A stretch of DNA of 63,811 nucleotides, counting the filler, from Octopus bimaculoides (taxonomy: Eukaryota): assembly GCF_001194135.2 (NCBI RefSeq). It is 7 parts of 6 records of this genome, joined end to end, with 100 filler letters (N's around TTAATTAATTAA, not from the genome) between each part and the next. Parts side by side here need not be neighbours in the genome. Positions count along the whole stretch, not along the records: positions 41,894 to 58,289 come from NC_068989.1; positions 58,390 to 60,177 come from NW_026306403.1; positions 60,278 to 62,579 come from NW_026386262.1; positions 62,680 to 63,811 come from NC_068985.1; 3 more parts are not named here. One strand, given 5' to 3'. Each line of letters starts with the position of its first letter. The first letter of the stretch is position 1. Both the position numbers and the translations under genes were made by a program. The notes under the pieces are model-generated. The model saw nothing but the letters and a program-made list of their open reading frames with translations. It made no database searches and was not told the origin of the DNA. Shown piece after piece: positions 52,000 to 63,811 of the stretch.

Positions 52000-52560
52000 A
52001 TTATTTTAAATTTGCTTCCTGGCTCTGGTTTTGTAATCGGTCCTGATGAAGTAGTGAGTTGTACAAAGTTACTCTTCTTTGCATTTCTTGCTGTGACATG
52101 GGTTCACCTTGTATATTACATGAAAATGTTAAAATGTTTTCAGTTGCTGTTTGAATCTACTCGTAGATTTCAGGTGCGTTTTTGCACCGTATTGAGAATT
52201 TGTGAGCCTTTGAACCCTAAGTTGTTACAGTATTAGAGCCTTATTCTGGGCGGAGATGGTGAGATTTTTGGTAGTATGCAATATTATCCAGGTTAGTGGT
52301 TTGTATAGCTTTCAATTCCGACCTGAGTGCTATAATTCAACACCGTCCATTTACATACATATTACTGCAGACCTTTTACGTCTACTCTCCAAGGAATAGG
52401 CTTCAGCTCTTTCAGCCTCTCCCAGTAATCTATCTGCTGTACCGAAGAAATCTTGTGGGTACAGCGGCGTTGGGCTGACTCGAATTCTGTCGTTACTTTG
52501 AACTTTGTGGTAACCATAACTGGAAGTAGTAATCAAGGTGACTGAGCACGAATGTTCCCC
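52000..52560 (-). mobile_element. Non-LTR retrotransposon 3' fragment (CR1/Jockey-group-like)
   Basis: Minus-strand IDYWERLKELK.YSLESRRKRSAVI and CNNLGFKGSQILN resemble the YWERLK.L.LYSLERRRER motif. Confidence 0.6.
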
Positions 52561-52806
52561 ACAGAAGCAAAATGGTTTCATTTTTCATATCCTGAATAAC
52601 GTCAGAATCCCACCAGTCAGTCACCTGCATAGTGTTGCCATCTTAATACATACATAATGTATGCATATTTTAAAAACAACATACATATATATGCATATAT
52701 GCATGCATAACAATTTCGCTATTGTCACCTGAGTTGTCATTGTATTATACTTCACCCTTCACCTCCGTAAGCATTATATTTCAAATGCTACAACTATATA
52801 TATATA

Positions 52807-53295
52807 CAGGGGTTGGACAAAATAATGGAAACACCTTAAAATTTCAAACAAATTTATTTTGATATGGGGCAGAACTGCCTTTGGCAGTAATTACAGCTTG
52901 AATTCTACGAGGTATGGACTCGTACAAAAGTTTGAAATGTTTCCACAGGAATTTTGTCCATTCTTCAGCTAAAACAGTTTCCAGTTCTTGTAGTGATGAT
53001 GGTGGAGGATATCGACTCCTTATTTCTTTTTCTAATATTGAGATCTGGGGTCTGTGGTGGCCAGATAAGATGTTCAGCTTCACTAGAATGTTCCTCGTGC
53101 TATTCAGGAACAACTTTAGCTGTGTTAGTTGGTGCATTATCATTCTGAAAGATTGCGTTTCCCTCCGGAAACAGTTCCGCAAACGTTTTGATTAGATAAA
53201 ATGCTTAAATAGCTTTGACTATTAATTCTGCCATGAAGGGAAACCATTGGCCCAGCAGATTTCGATTTTATAGCTCCCCAGATTATCAAACATCC
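52807..53295 (-). mobile_element. Tc1-like transposon 3' part with terminal TIR
   Basis: TA + CAGGGGTTGGACAAAATAATGGAAACACC TIR; QDDNAPTHT..., SLQELETVLAEEW...LYESIPRRIQAVITAKG C-terminus. Confidence 0.9.
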
Positions 53296-53405
53296 TCCTC
53301 CATTCCAATTCTATATTTAAGAGATGAGGAATTATGTACATTATTTACATTATTTGTCCTCATCTTGTTTGTTGTTGACACAACGTTTTGGCTGATATAC
53401 CCTCC

Positions 53406-53511
53406 AGTTGTCATTGTATTATACTTCACCCTTCACCTCCGTAAGCATTATATTTCAAATGCTACAACTATATATATATACAGGGGTTGGACAAAATAAT
53501 GGAAACACCTT
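53406..53511 (+). repeat. Exact 106-bp direct duplicate of 52732-52837 (flank + Tc1 TIR)
   Basis: Base-by-base identical, including the (TA)6 run. Confidence 0.9.
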
Positions 53512-53788
53512 ATGCTCATATGGAGTGAATTTTTAGGGCTTATAAATCTAATATTTTCCTATCCTTCCTTAATACCGGTTCCCATATGCTGCTCATATCT
53601 GCACTCGGTCTGCTTAGGAGGTTGTTGTGTCCCAGCATATGTGCTGCTTCTTTTAGTTTTTGTATTTTCCAGTGGTATTCCCTGTCTATTATTTTAACAT
53701 CATCCCACAGGGGGAGGTGGTCTCTATTCTTCCATACATGATCGAAAAATACCTTAGGAATGAGAACCCAGGTTCGAAATTTCCCCAA

Positions 53789-53834
53789 GACACCTGCTGA
53801 AGGCTGGAGGGTATATCAACCGAAACGTTGTGTT
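53789..53834 (+). ncRNA. Minimal type-I hammerhead ribozyme motif (degenerate copy)
   Basis: GACAC-CUGCUGA-A-GGCUG-(10-nt loop)-CAACC-GAAA-CG-UU-GUGUU: stem I GACAC/GUGUU, stem II with one mismatch, palindromic ACGU stem III; core A6 is C in this copy. Confidence 0.65.
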
Positions 53835-54801
53835 AATAACAAACAAGATGAGGACAAATATCCGTAAAATGTAAATAATGTAAATAATGATCNNNNNNNN
53901 NNNNNNNNNNNNNNNNNNNNNNNNNNNNNNNNNNNNNNNNNNNNNNNNNNNNNNNNNNNNNNNNNNNNNNNNNNNNNNNNNNNNNNNNNNNNNNNNNNNN
54001 NNNNNNNNNNNNNNNNNNNNNNNNNNNNNNNNNNNNNNNNNNNNNNNNNNNNNNNNNNNNNNNNNNNNNNNNNNNNNNNNNNNNNNNNNNNNNNNNNNNN
54101 NNNNNNNNNNNNNNNNNNNNNNNNNNNNNNNNNNNNNNNNNNNNNNNNNNNNNNNNNNNNNNNNNNNNNNNNNNNNNNNNNNNNNNNNNNNNNNNNNNNN
54201 NNNNNNNNNNNNNNNNNNNNNNNNNNNNNNNNNNNNNNNNNNNNNNNNNNNNNNNNNNNNNNNNNNNNNNNNNNNNNNNNNNNNNNNNNNNNNNNNNNNN
54301 NNNNNNNNNNNNNNNNNNNNNNNNNNNNNNNNNNNNNNNNNNNNNNNNNNNNNNNNNNNNNNNNNNNNNNNNNNNNNNNNNNNNNNNNNNNNNNNNNNNN
54401 NNNNNNNNNNNNNNNNNNNNNNNNNNNNNNNNNNNNNNNNNNNNNNNNNNNNNNNNNNNNNNNNNNNNNNNNNNNNNNNNNNNNNNNNNNNNNNNNNNNN
54501 NNNNNNNNNNNNNNNNNNNNNNNNNNNNNNNNNNNNNNNNNNNNNNNNNNNNNNNNNNNNNNNNNNNNNNNNNNNNNNNNNNNNNNNNNNNNNNNNNNNN
54601 NNNNNNNNNNNNNNNNNNNNNNNNNNNNNNNNNNNNNNNNNNNNNNNNNNNNNNNNNNNNNNNNNNNNNNNNNNNNNNNNNNNNNNNNNNNNNNNNNNNN
54701 NNNNNNNNNNNNNNNNNNNNNNNNNNNNNNNNNNNNNNNNNNNNNNNNNNNNNNNNNNNNNNNNNNNNNNNNNNNNNNNNNNNNNNNNNNNNNNNNNNNN
54801 N

Positions 54802-54833
<32 letters not shown>

Positions 54834-54934
54834 CACACACATATATATATACATATATATATACATACATATATATATACATACATATACATATATACAT
54901 ACACATATATACATACACATATATACATACAGAC

Positions 54935-54985
<51 letters not shown>

Positions 54986-57479
54986 CGTGTGTGTGTGTGT
55001 ATAGTCTGTTATTAATCTTTGTAATCGAAGTGGTATAGGTGAACGTATATATATATTAATTGTCAACATGAATTTTTATCCTCCAGTGTTGTTTATATGT
55101 GTTCATGTTCTAAAGGTGGGAAACATGCTCATATAATTTTTATATACTCATAGCTGCAGAAGGCAGTGTTCTACAATGCATACATACATACAAGCAATAT
55201 ATGTATTGCCTATAAAAGCATGGTCACAAATCCAAACATAACATACTTCCAAATCTATTTAGTTTCGTGATGTTATTGTTGGTTGCACATAACTACATGG
55301 TCATGTTTAGATATAAATAGAAGCGAAGTGAGATGTCACAATCGAGCGAAAACTACCATTCGCTGAAATGATATTCCATAATTCGTGTTTTGGAAACTTG
55401 TAAAGAAAACAATGTATCACTATAGTAATAATTATTTGTTGAGTTGATGCAGAAATAAGCATGTAGTAATAGCAACCAATGAGATTCGAGGAAAAAGCAA
55501 CCGAGTTGAGAATAATGATATATTACAGAATTTACCCCGTTAGTAAAGTGAATATTCATAAGATGCATTTACTCTTATGCAGGGCCGATTTTAAGTCAAT
55601 TAATCAGATTTGTTCAAATCAGCCTCACACCGAGAGAGGGTCCGCGTACATGCTCGAATGGAGGACGCTATGATGAATTTTTAGTATATCATTGTAGCTA
55701 ATGATGCATCCTCACGCTCTCAGCACTTTTTGGCTGGGACTGGTGTACAACACGAAGCATAAAACATCAATCTTCAGTTTTTGTAGAGTAGAAGTTCCCA
55801 CTGACATTCTCGAATTGGACCCTGCACTTCCTATTGCCAACCCTGCTCTTATGGGGGCACAGATAAATTAATACCAGCTTTGTTCTTAAGGAATTTATCG
55901 GTTGATTCAATGTATTGTACTTCTGAGTTAAATAAAGAAGTCATATGAATTCATGGATATACGAGAGCTCCGTTTCCATAATCCTCTAGATGACCTTGGA
56001 AATGTAGATACCAATGTCTTTCATGCTTCAGTATCTGTTCTAATTTTCTTACCATGAGAAAGAAATGCGTTTGTTCAATTTAAAGATTTTCCTCTCATTC
56101 TTCTTCGACTACTTTTCATCATCATCATCATCGTTATCAATACTTCTTTCTCCGTCTTACTCCTCTCCTTCCTATCATTCTCCTCTTCCTTACGCAGGGG
56201 ACTCTACGTTTAGCGGGAGTAAAAGGAAGTAAGCTTTCTTGAAGTCAGAGATTTGATCCAAGATCACTGCTTTGAGGAGAACTTACCGGAGCTCTATGAG
56301 GTGGTGTTAAATCGGATTATACATTAAGAAAAGCTAATACCTAAGAACATAGAAGGAAAAATGCTGGGTCAGATATAAAGAGCTATCTCAATCAACATTC
56401 TATATCATGTTTGAAATAAAATTGTGTATGGTAAAAAGAGTTGCATCTCTTAGGTACATCTCACTGATAAACGCCAAGTAGCTTGAATCATCGATATCAG
56501 GGATTCCTAATAAATAGCGACACTGAACAAATAGAGTATTTTCACACCTTTTTACCATATGAGAAATATTTTCTTTACGGTAACTGTAATGAATTTGCCT
56601 TTTAGCAGTTGAAATATGTCACAAGCATATTTCAAATAACCTAAATTTTGTTTATGCCTAAACGCTGCTTGGCGCTATTTTGTTTTTTTCCACGATCTAG
56701 TTGTATTTTGCACAAAGTTTTATAAAATTTGTCCAGAGTTGTCTCTCTTAAATACTTCTCATTGAAAAAAGCCTTCAGGAATTTTTTGCTGAATGAATCG
56801 ACCCTAGTACTTTTTTCTTTCCTTTTCTATAAGCCTGGCACTTATTCTATCGCTACGTTACCAGGACGTAAACAAACCAACACCAGTTGTCAAGCGGTGA
56901 TCGGGACAGACACTGACACAAAGACACAGGCACACACAGACATACATACACGTGTATGCATGTATATATACTCATACATACACACGTGTATGCATGTATA
57001 TATACTCATACACACACACATACAAACACACACACATATTTTATGACAGGTTTCTTTCAATTTCCACCTACCAAATTCACTCGAAAGGCTTTGGCCAGAC
57101 CGTAGCTATAGTAGAAGACACTTGTCCAAGATGCCACCTAGGGGAACCGAACACGGAACCATGTGGCTGGGAAGCAAAGTTTCTTATCACACAGTTTAGT
57201 TACGCTGCATATTTCAGTACAGTTCTGTTACATATACTGGTGCTCGCACGAGCTTGCTGCCTACAGCTAGGCTCAAAAAACCAAACCACTCTTTCAAATA
57301 TTGCTTGTAATTCACAAAATACAGAATAACTTTGGATGACATCATTTTAATACCTCTCAGGATCCCTACCAGTGCCAAGAACGACTACATATGGATCAAG
57401 GTCACTAGTATTAATGATATGTACAACAAGAAAATGAAACAAACTACCAATACAAAGTATTAACGGCTGCTTAAAGTTA

Positions 57480-57900
57480 AGTCTAACCAACATTTGTTGC
57501 TAGTCACCGAATAGAACCCATGCCCAAGAAGGACTCTTTCAATACCTCTTTCCTGGAATTGCAAAACTTAACGGCAATATTGTCGCTGAAATCCGCAACA
57601 TTACCCGAAGAAAGAGGCTAGCTATACAGCTGCTACATTCCAGAGCCTTTCTTTAGGAAATGCGTATCAAAGAGACGTTCAGGACACCGATACTAGCACA
57701 TCCATTGGCAAAACAGATACAATGTGCTTTTAAGCTGACGTCACCTTCTAAATCGAGTCCACGGTATTGTGTCGAATGTGACATTTCAGTGCAATTCGTT
57801 ACTGATACATACGAATCAAAGAAGATATCAATGGAAATGCACCAAGACAAATGACAGAGCTGAGACATCAATGTCATGGGTCAAAATGTAGAATCAAAAA
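57480..57900 (+). mobile_element. Decayed RTE-like RT 3' fragment
   Basis: EPMPKKDSFQYLFPGIAKLNGNIVAEIRNITRRK resembles the F.YLGS.I...G.I..EI..RI motif. Confidence 0.4.
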
Positions 57901-58241
57901 AAGCTGTCATCATCAGACAATATAAAAAGTCCATCAACAAGTCATGAATGAAGTTCATTGTGAAGTGTAGTCATTTCTTCCTTTTGGGCCCGTACAACGC
58001 AACCTTTGACGTTATTTTCACCGTTCATCAACAGCACGCGCTGTTACAACACATAAAGACTTGAAAAGGCAACGTAGCCAATGTTCTCACTTTAAAAATG
58101 AAAGACTCTTTATTCAAGATGTCGGATTGTTAAATGTTTAATGTAAAAGTGTGCTTTTTGCTTAATTTTATTTCAGCTTTACTATTTTTCAAACTGCATT
58201 GCCGTGCCATTTTAATTTACTCTTTTATACATGTATACACA

Positions 58242-58289
<48 letters not shown>

Positions 58290-58389
58290 NNNNNNNNNNN
58301 NNNNNNNNNNNNNNNNNNNNNNNNNNNNNNNNNTTAATTAATTAANNNNNNNNNNNNNNNNNNNNNNNNNNNNNNNNNNNNNNNNNNNN

Positions 58390-59274
58390 ATATATATATA
58401 TATTCATATAGTATGTATATGTGTATATGTCTGCTCTGTAAAACTTACAAATTAATATATAAAAAATAAACATTCTTCTTAGATATATACATATGTGTGT
58501 TTACTCATATTATATATATATATATATATANNNNNNNNNNATATATATATATATATATATGTGTTTATGTGTGTGTGTGTACATATATATTTATGTATAT
58601 ATATTCATGTGTGTATATATATGTATATATGCATATTTATGTATATATATGTGTGTATGTGTATGTATATATATTTATGTATATATATATATATATGTTT
58701 ATATATATATATTTATTTTATAAACATTTATATATACACACACATACACGCACACACATGTTTGCATATATATATATATATATNNNNNNNNNNTACACAC
58801 ACATACACGCACACACATGTTTGCATATATATATATATATATATACCTGCGTGTATGTATATATTCGTATATACATACATTTATTCATATATGTGTGTGA
58901 GGGACAGAGAGAGAGAGAAATTATGTATGTATGATTGCAAACACATAAGTTGCTTCGAATATTTACGCATACACTCAGACACACACACACATACATGCAT
59001 GGTACAATGCTTAGCATTATATAAGCTTTCAGTTTTAGGTACATACACATATGTACTTAATTATACACACACAAACACACACACACACACATATACATGC
59101 ACATACCCACATGCAAGTGTATGAATATATGATTGTAAATGTATTCACTTAGCCAGCATTAAATATTTACGCATTGCAATATATATACAAATATATATAT
59201 ATACGTCTATATACTTGTATATATATGTATATATACGTGCTTGTGTATATATATGTATGTATGTATGTATATGA

Positions 59275-59305
<31 letters not shown>

Positions 59306-60141
59306 TATATNNNNNNNNNNATATATATATATATATATATAGCATGGAAAGCGGACGTTAAACGATGATATATATATATACACATATGTACATACTAGAA
59401 TGCATAACATCACATAATTAAATACACATACATACATATATAGATACATACATACATAAACACACATGAACATAGACACAGAAGTATGTGTGCATGCTCA
59501 TGCATGTGTGTGTGTGCATATATCTGTGTGTGTGTGTGTGTGTGAACTGTTGCACTTTATAATTAATCTGATTNNNNNNNNNNTGTGTGTGTGTGTGTGT
59601 GTGAACTGTTGCACTTTATAATTAATCTGATTATATTCTCTTCGTCTTATGCCCCTGCAATAACCAAATATCTACCATTTATTACGATGCCATTATTCCT
59701 TCTTTATCTCAGACAGTCACAAGACAGTTCCACCAGCTTAAACTGTCTCAGCTTTATGGTAACAGTACACAATGGTATTCAAAGACCTGCTGTCTGTTAT
59801 GTTAATACGATATATATACACACACACATATAGAGCATCCACATACATGAATACATACATACAGATGGATGGATGTATACATGTATGTGGTGTGTATTTC
59901 TGTATGTATATGTGTGTGTCTATGTGTATGCATGCATATGTGTGTATATATGCATGTATGTGTGTTTATGTATATATATTTATGCACAATGCATATGTGT
60001 GTATATGTATGTTTATTTATTAATGTGTGTGTATACATATACATATTTACTTACATACATGTACATAGTATGTATATATGTAGTATATATTTATATATAT
60101 TAACATTTATATACATATATACATACATATGTATATAAATG

Positions 60142-60177
<36 letters not shown>
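58390..60177. repeat. Extended compound (TA)/(TG)/(CA)/(TATG) microsatellite field; similar fields at 17246-17520, 34570-34790, 43133-43440, 43890-44430, 45780-46330 and 54802-55000
   Basis: Direct inspection. Confidence 0.95.
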
Positions 60178-60289
60178 NNNNNNNNNNNNNNNNNNNNNNN
60201 NNNNNNNNNNNNNNNNNNNNNTTAATTAATTAANNNNNNNNNNNNNNNNNNNNNNNNNNNNNNNNNNNNNNNNNNNNGACTGTTGAATC

Positions 60290-61285
60290 ATGCCACGTAT
60301 AAAAGAAGCCTTGGAACTCTTCGAATCTCAAAGAGGCCTTATTGAGGGTCAATCAGAAGGTGGACTTAATCAGCGTGAAATTGTAGAAAACCTTGGGATC
60401 CCGCTTTCTACAGTTAATATAGTGATTCTGCAATTCTCAAGAGAGGGGAAGGAGTCCACATCACCTCTCCCAGAACCCTCCTACAGGACCCTTCGCTTTG
60501 TTAAGAGAAGTGTGGAGGATAATCCTCGTTGCAAGACCTCTGACATAGCAGAACAAGTTGATGTCAGTTCCAGAACAGCTGTCAGGTATCTCCACAAACT
60601 TGGCTAATATGGCAAAGCAGCAAGAAGGAAAGCCACTATCAAGCCAATATCAAGCGGAGATGGTAGAGAGGCCACTAGCATTTTGGGACACTGTCATATT
60701 CTCTGATGAGTCCAGATTTGTTGTATTCTTTAACAGTAGTCGAGTGTGGGTCTGGAAACTCTGTAATCAAGAATTTGACGTGAAAAGATTGCAGCCAACA
60801 ATGAAACGGCAGTTATTCTGTGATGGTCTGGAAAACAATGGTCGATGATCTGGAGAGCAATCGACCATTGGAACAATGGTCGATCATCGCTGGTGGAGTG
60901 TGAGGAAAACAAACTCAGATAGATATATTCCAATCTTCTCCAGGGGTGAAATGATTAAAGAAGACTCCTTATTTATGGAAGATGGGGCTCCTTGACACAT
61001 GGCTAAAAAGCCCCAAGATTGGTTAGAAGAGAATGACATTAAAAAGTTTCCATTGGCAAGTCAATTACCACATAGGAACTCTACTGAACACCTCTGGGGC
61101 ATAATGGACAGAACATTTCGTAAAAAGAACAAGAAAGCATCCTCAAAGCCAGATCTTTTGAGATTACCGCATGAAAAACTTGGCAAGAAATTCCTCAAGA
61201 GAATATTCGTCATCTGATCAGTAGCATGCCTAATAGGGTCCTTGCATTGAAAAATGTAAAGAGCATGTCTACTAGATAATAAATA
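60290..61285 (+). pseudogene. Tc1-like transposase pseudogene (5' TIR hidden in the gap)
   Basis: [22 protein letters not shown]; WDTVIFSDESRF; FMEDGAP*HMAK; SQLPHRNSTEHLWG (SPDLNPIEHLW motif). Confidence 0.9.
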
Positions 61286-62679
61286 TTCTCATTATGATAA
61301 TTAATAAATAATTTGAATGTATAATTTCAGATTTAAATAAATTTTAACGATTATAAGAGTGTCTATTTACTTCTNNNNNNNNNNNNNNNNNNNNNNNNNN
61401 NNNNNNNNNNNNNNNNNNNNNNNNNNNNNNNNNNNNNNNNNNNNNNNNNNNNNNNNNNNNNNNNNNNNNNNNNNNNNNNNNNNNNNNNNNNNNNNNNNNN
61501 NNNNNNNNNNNNNNNNNNNNNNNNNNNNNNNNNNNNNNNNNNNNATATATATATATTCGATTATGAGTGGGAAGCAGCCTGAGGGATATAAACAATATCG
61601 AACATACATATACACAAGATATGTGCTTCTCATGTATGTATGTATGTATGTATGTATGTATGTATGCATACATGCATGTATGCATGTATGTACGCACATT
61701 ATGAGTATTAGTGAGGGAGAGAGACGGAGTGAGTTAGAGAGAGAGAGAGGAGAGAGTCTGTTGTGTTTGTATGTGTGGCAGAAGGTGGTAGGGGTTCGCT
61801 TCCCTGCTCCAATATATCGGATGCAGCTGTGCATCGTTAACCATCTAGAGATGTCCTCTTGGGATTAAAAACTCGCGGTGAAGTCTGTTCGAACGGAACA
61901 GCCATGTTAAAGTGGCTACGAACATTACTTGCTAGTACAACTACTGCGTTCATCGCTTAGAGAGACTTTAGAACTAGCTTTTTTGCTTATATATATCCAA
62001 AACTAGGGAATGGAGTAGATAAAATATGATTCATAGCAAGCAGAACCTCGGAAGTACTAATTACCCCTCGTTTGGGCAATTACTACTTTCGAGGTTCTTC
62101 TAGCACTGTAGCCTGGATTTTATCTTCTCCATTCACTGATTTGGGATTTTTATGCGCATACACAGCTGCTAAACCGTAAACTATAAAATAACTTTTTTCA
62201 CCTTATCGAAAATAGCTTATCGATGTTTAAAATCTACTTTCATGGAAAGTTCCTTCCAAATTCCTCTTTTATTTTTCATACATTAACTTGCGCAGGTTAA
62301 ACTATATAAAATGTTGGCAAAAGAAACTTGACTATTTCTTGCAATACATACCAATACATTACATATTTTATAATGCAAAACTTTTTCAGGGACCCTTAGA
62401 ATACTACTGTGGGTGCTCAATTAACTATTTTGCTGTGTGGAACGTCAAAAATTTCATATGGACCCCGGTTGAAAGCAACTGCATTAGATAATGTAATCCG
62501 TGAGATACCATGTCTAAATAAAAGTTGGGATGGTTGGTCATTGCACTTCTCTTACACCTCTTCCACCTCCCCACCCACCNNNNNNNNNNNNNNNNNNNNN
62601 NNNNNNNNNNNNNNNNNNNNNNNTTAATTAATTAANNNNNNNNNNNNNNNNNNNNNNNNNNNNNNNNNNNNNNNNNNNN

Positions 62680-62988
62680 AAATCTCACCTGCGAACCCAT
62701 GGAAAACAAACCTCATCCAGCTATTCTGATTATATGTCTGTGCACACGTTTGAATGTGGTGTGTGCCAGAGGGTTTGCAAATCCAATGGGGGTCTTAAAA
62801 GACATGTTAGGATCCACAATGAGCAGAACTTACTTGCAGGTATTGGTAGTGCAAATCAGAGGTGCAATCTGTGTGGGTGTTTTTTTCAAAACACTGTCTG
62901 GTTTAAAAAGCCACATCAGACGCCATGAAAGGGCTAAGGTGTAGGTGCAGGAGGTGGTCAAACTCTGTTTAAGGAGTAGACAACCACC
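62680..62988 (+). mobile_element. 3' end of an RTE-type LINE encoding two C2H2 zinc fingers, followed by an AT-rich microsatellite tail
   Basis: CGVCQRVCKSNGGLKRHVRIH (C-x2-C-x12-H-x3-H); the second finger CNLCGCFFKTLSGLKSHIRRH is restored by removing one T from a T7 run; no TGEKP linker; short 3' UTR ending GACAACCACC then (AT)-rich repeat. Confidence 0.6.
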
Positions 62989-63811
62989 ATATACATATGT
63001 ATATATATAATTAATTTGATTAATTAATTTAATCTAATTAAATTCAATCATGAATTTGCATGATTTTTATATCTCCATACGAAATGATTGTCTGCATGAA
63101 TCAAAATTCTCTTATATATTTTAACAACTTGTCTTCTCCATTTTTAACTGAATTGATGAGTTTTATGGGATTTCTTTCCATAAATTCACCACACATCATA
63201 TACAAGTATTATTTTCATATTTACAAATTTACGCCTGTAAACTACCAGCAAAATATGAAGAATCAACATTAGAAATCTTTTTTGGAAACCTCCAAATTAA
63301 AGGACGAATCTACATTCAACCTTTTCACACCTATAAACATATATATCTATATACATATATAGGTAAGCAGAGTTAGCAGTTGGAATAACCGTCTAAGGAA
63401 TAAGAATATCCGTTCTTACTACCAGTATCATTTACCTATGCTATTCCTGGGCATGGGTATGCAAGTACACTATGCTCATAGGGTACAGGTAATAACTGAA
63501 TAAACAAAAGTTTATCAGGAATCAAATTTAACTACGCAGAAAATGGAGATAACTTTTGATCAACAAACAAATTGACTAACATAGGTTGATTATTTTTTAA
63601 TACAAAACATGACATAACATTACATAGCGTTTCTTAAGGCTGTTTCACCTTCCAATGAAAATTCCCCAAAAAATATTCGCCATATCTTTAGCACATTCTA
63701 TCCAGTACATGGAGCTTCATCAGATTGAATACAAATATATAAAATAAAATAATCAAAGGGAAGAGGAAAGAACAGTGCATCGAGATGAAGCTGGCAGGTT
63801 CAATATATAAG

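Larger units (their letters stand above)
53300..53892. mobile_element. Penelope-like element pieces in inverted arrangement: terminal-repeat tail 53300-53407(-), GIY-YIG C-terminus 53512-53745(-), terminal repeat 53735-53892(+); another tail copy at ~21898-21965(-)
   Basis: DHVWKNRDHLPLWDDVKIIDREYHWKIQKLKEAAHM (PLE GIY-YIG end); shared tail GTTGTGT.AA.AACAAACAAGATGAGGACAAAT...GTAAATAATGTA. Confidence 0.8.
17190..62635. other. Six artificial scaffold linkers N44-TTAATTAATTAA-N44 (100 bp each)
   Basis: TTAATTAATTAA at 17190-17201, 27195-27206, 41838-41849, 58334-58345, 60222-60233 and 62624-62635, each flanked by 44 N; the palindrome puts TAA in all six frames. Confidence 0.95.

Noticed and set aside
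52045-52085. CTGATGA followed by an AGTAG/TTACT stem
   Set aside because: No GAAA follows, and it lies antisense within a LINE fragment.
13828-62627. Long ORFs in the track containing X runs or YI/TH/CV/SL dipeptide repeats
   Set aside because: They are artefacts of N gaps and dinucleotide microsatellites lacking stop codons.
62734-62944. Host C2H2-ZNF gene
   Set aside because: It has a frameshift, no TGEKP linkers and a LINE-like 3' end with a microsatellite tail, so it is kept as a retroelement call instead.

Overview
AT-rich, repeat-dense animal DNA from a gapped draft assembly. The SINE families, the (TA)n/(TG)n/(TATG)n/(ATT)n microsatellite load and the RTE-type LINE suggest a cephalopod, probably Octopus (inference from repeat recognition, no database search). 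There is no prokaryotic content, CRISPR array or rRNA/tRNA gene. Most of the window is decayed mobile DNA: two hAT transposase pseudogenes (ZMYM1-like and Buster/Charlie-like), a Merlin (IS1595-like) fragment, mariner and Tc1 copies, RTE, R4/Dong-like and CR1-like LINE pieces, several Penelope-like (PLE) fragments, MITEs, foldbacks, many SINEs and a CpG-rich 21-bp satellite. Host-gene evidence is limited to short phase-compatible plus-strand exons at 31608-34247, apparently the C-terminal end of an unidentified protein, plus weaker exon chains near 15.5 kb and 19-20 kb. The most notable signal is a minimal type-I hammerhead-ribozyme fold in a Penelope terminal repeat (53789-53834), which a second partial copy nearby helps reconstruct. 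Remnants of a second hammerhead-like family lie at about 24.93 kb and 63.71 kb. The six TTAATTAATTAA islands inside N runs are assembly linkers. Element boundaries were read by eye and are approximate unless a TIR or TSD is quoted.
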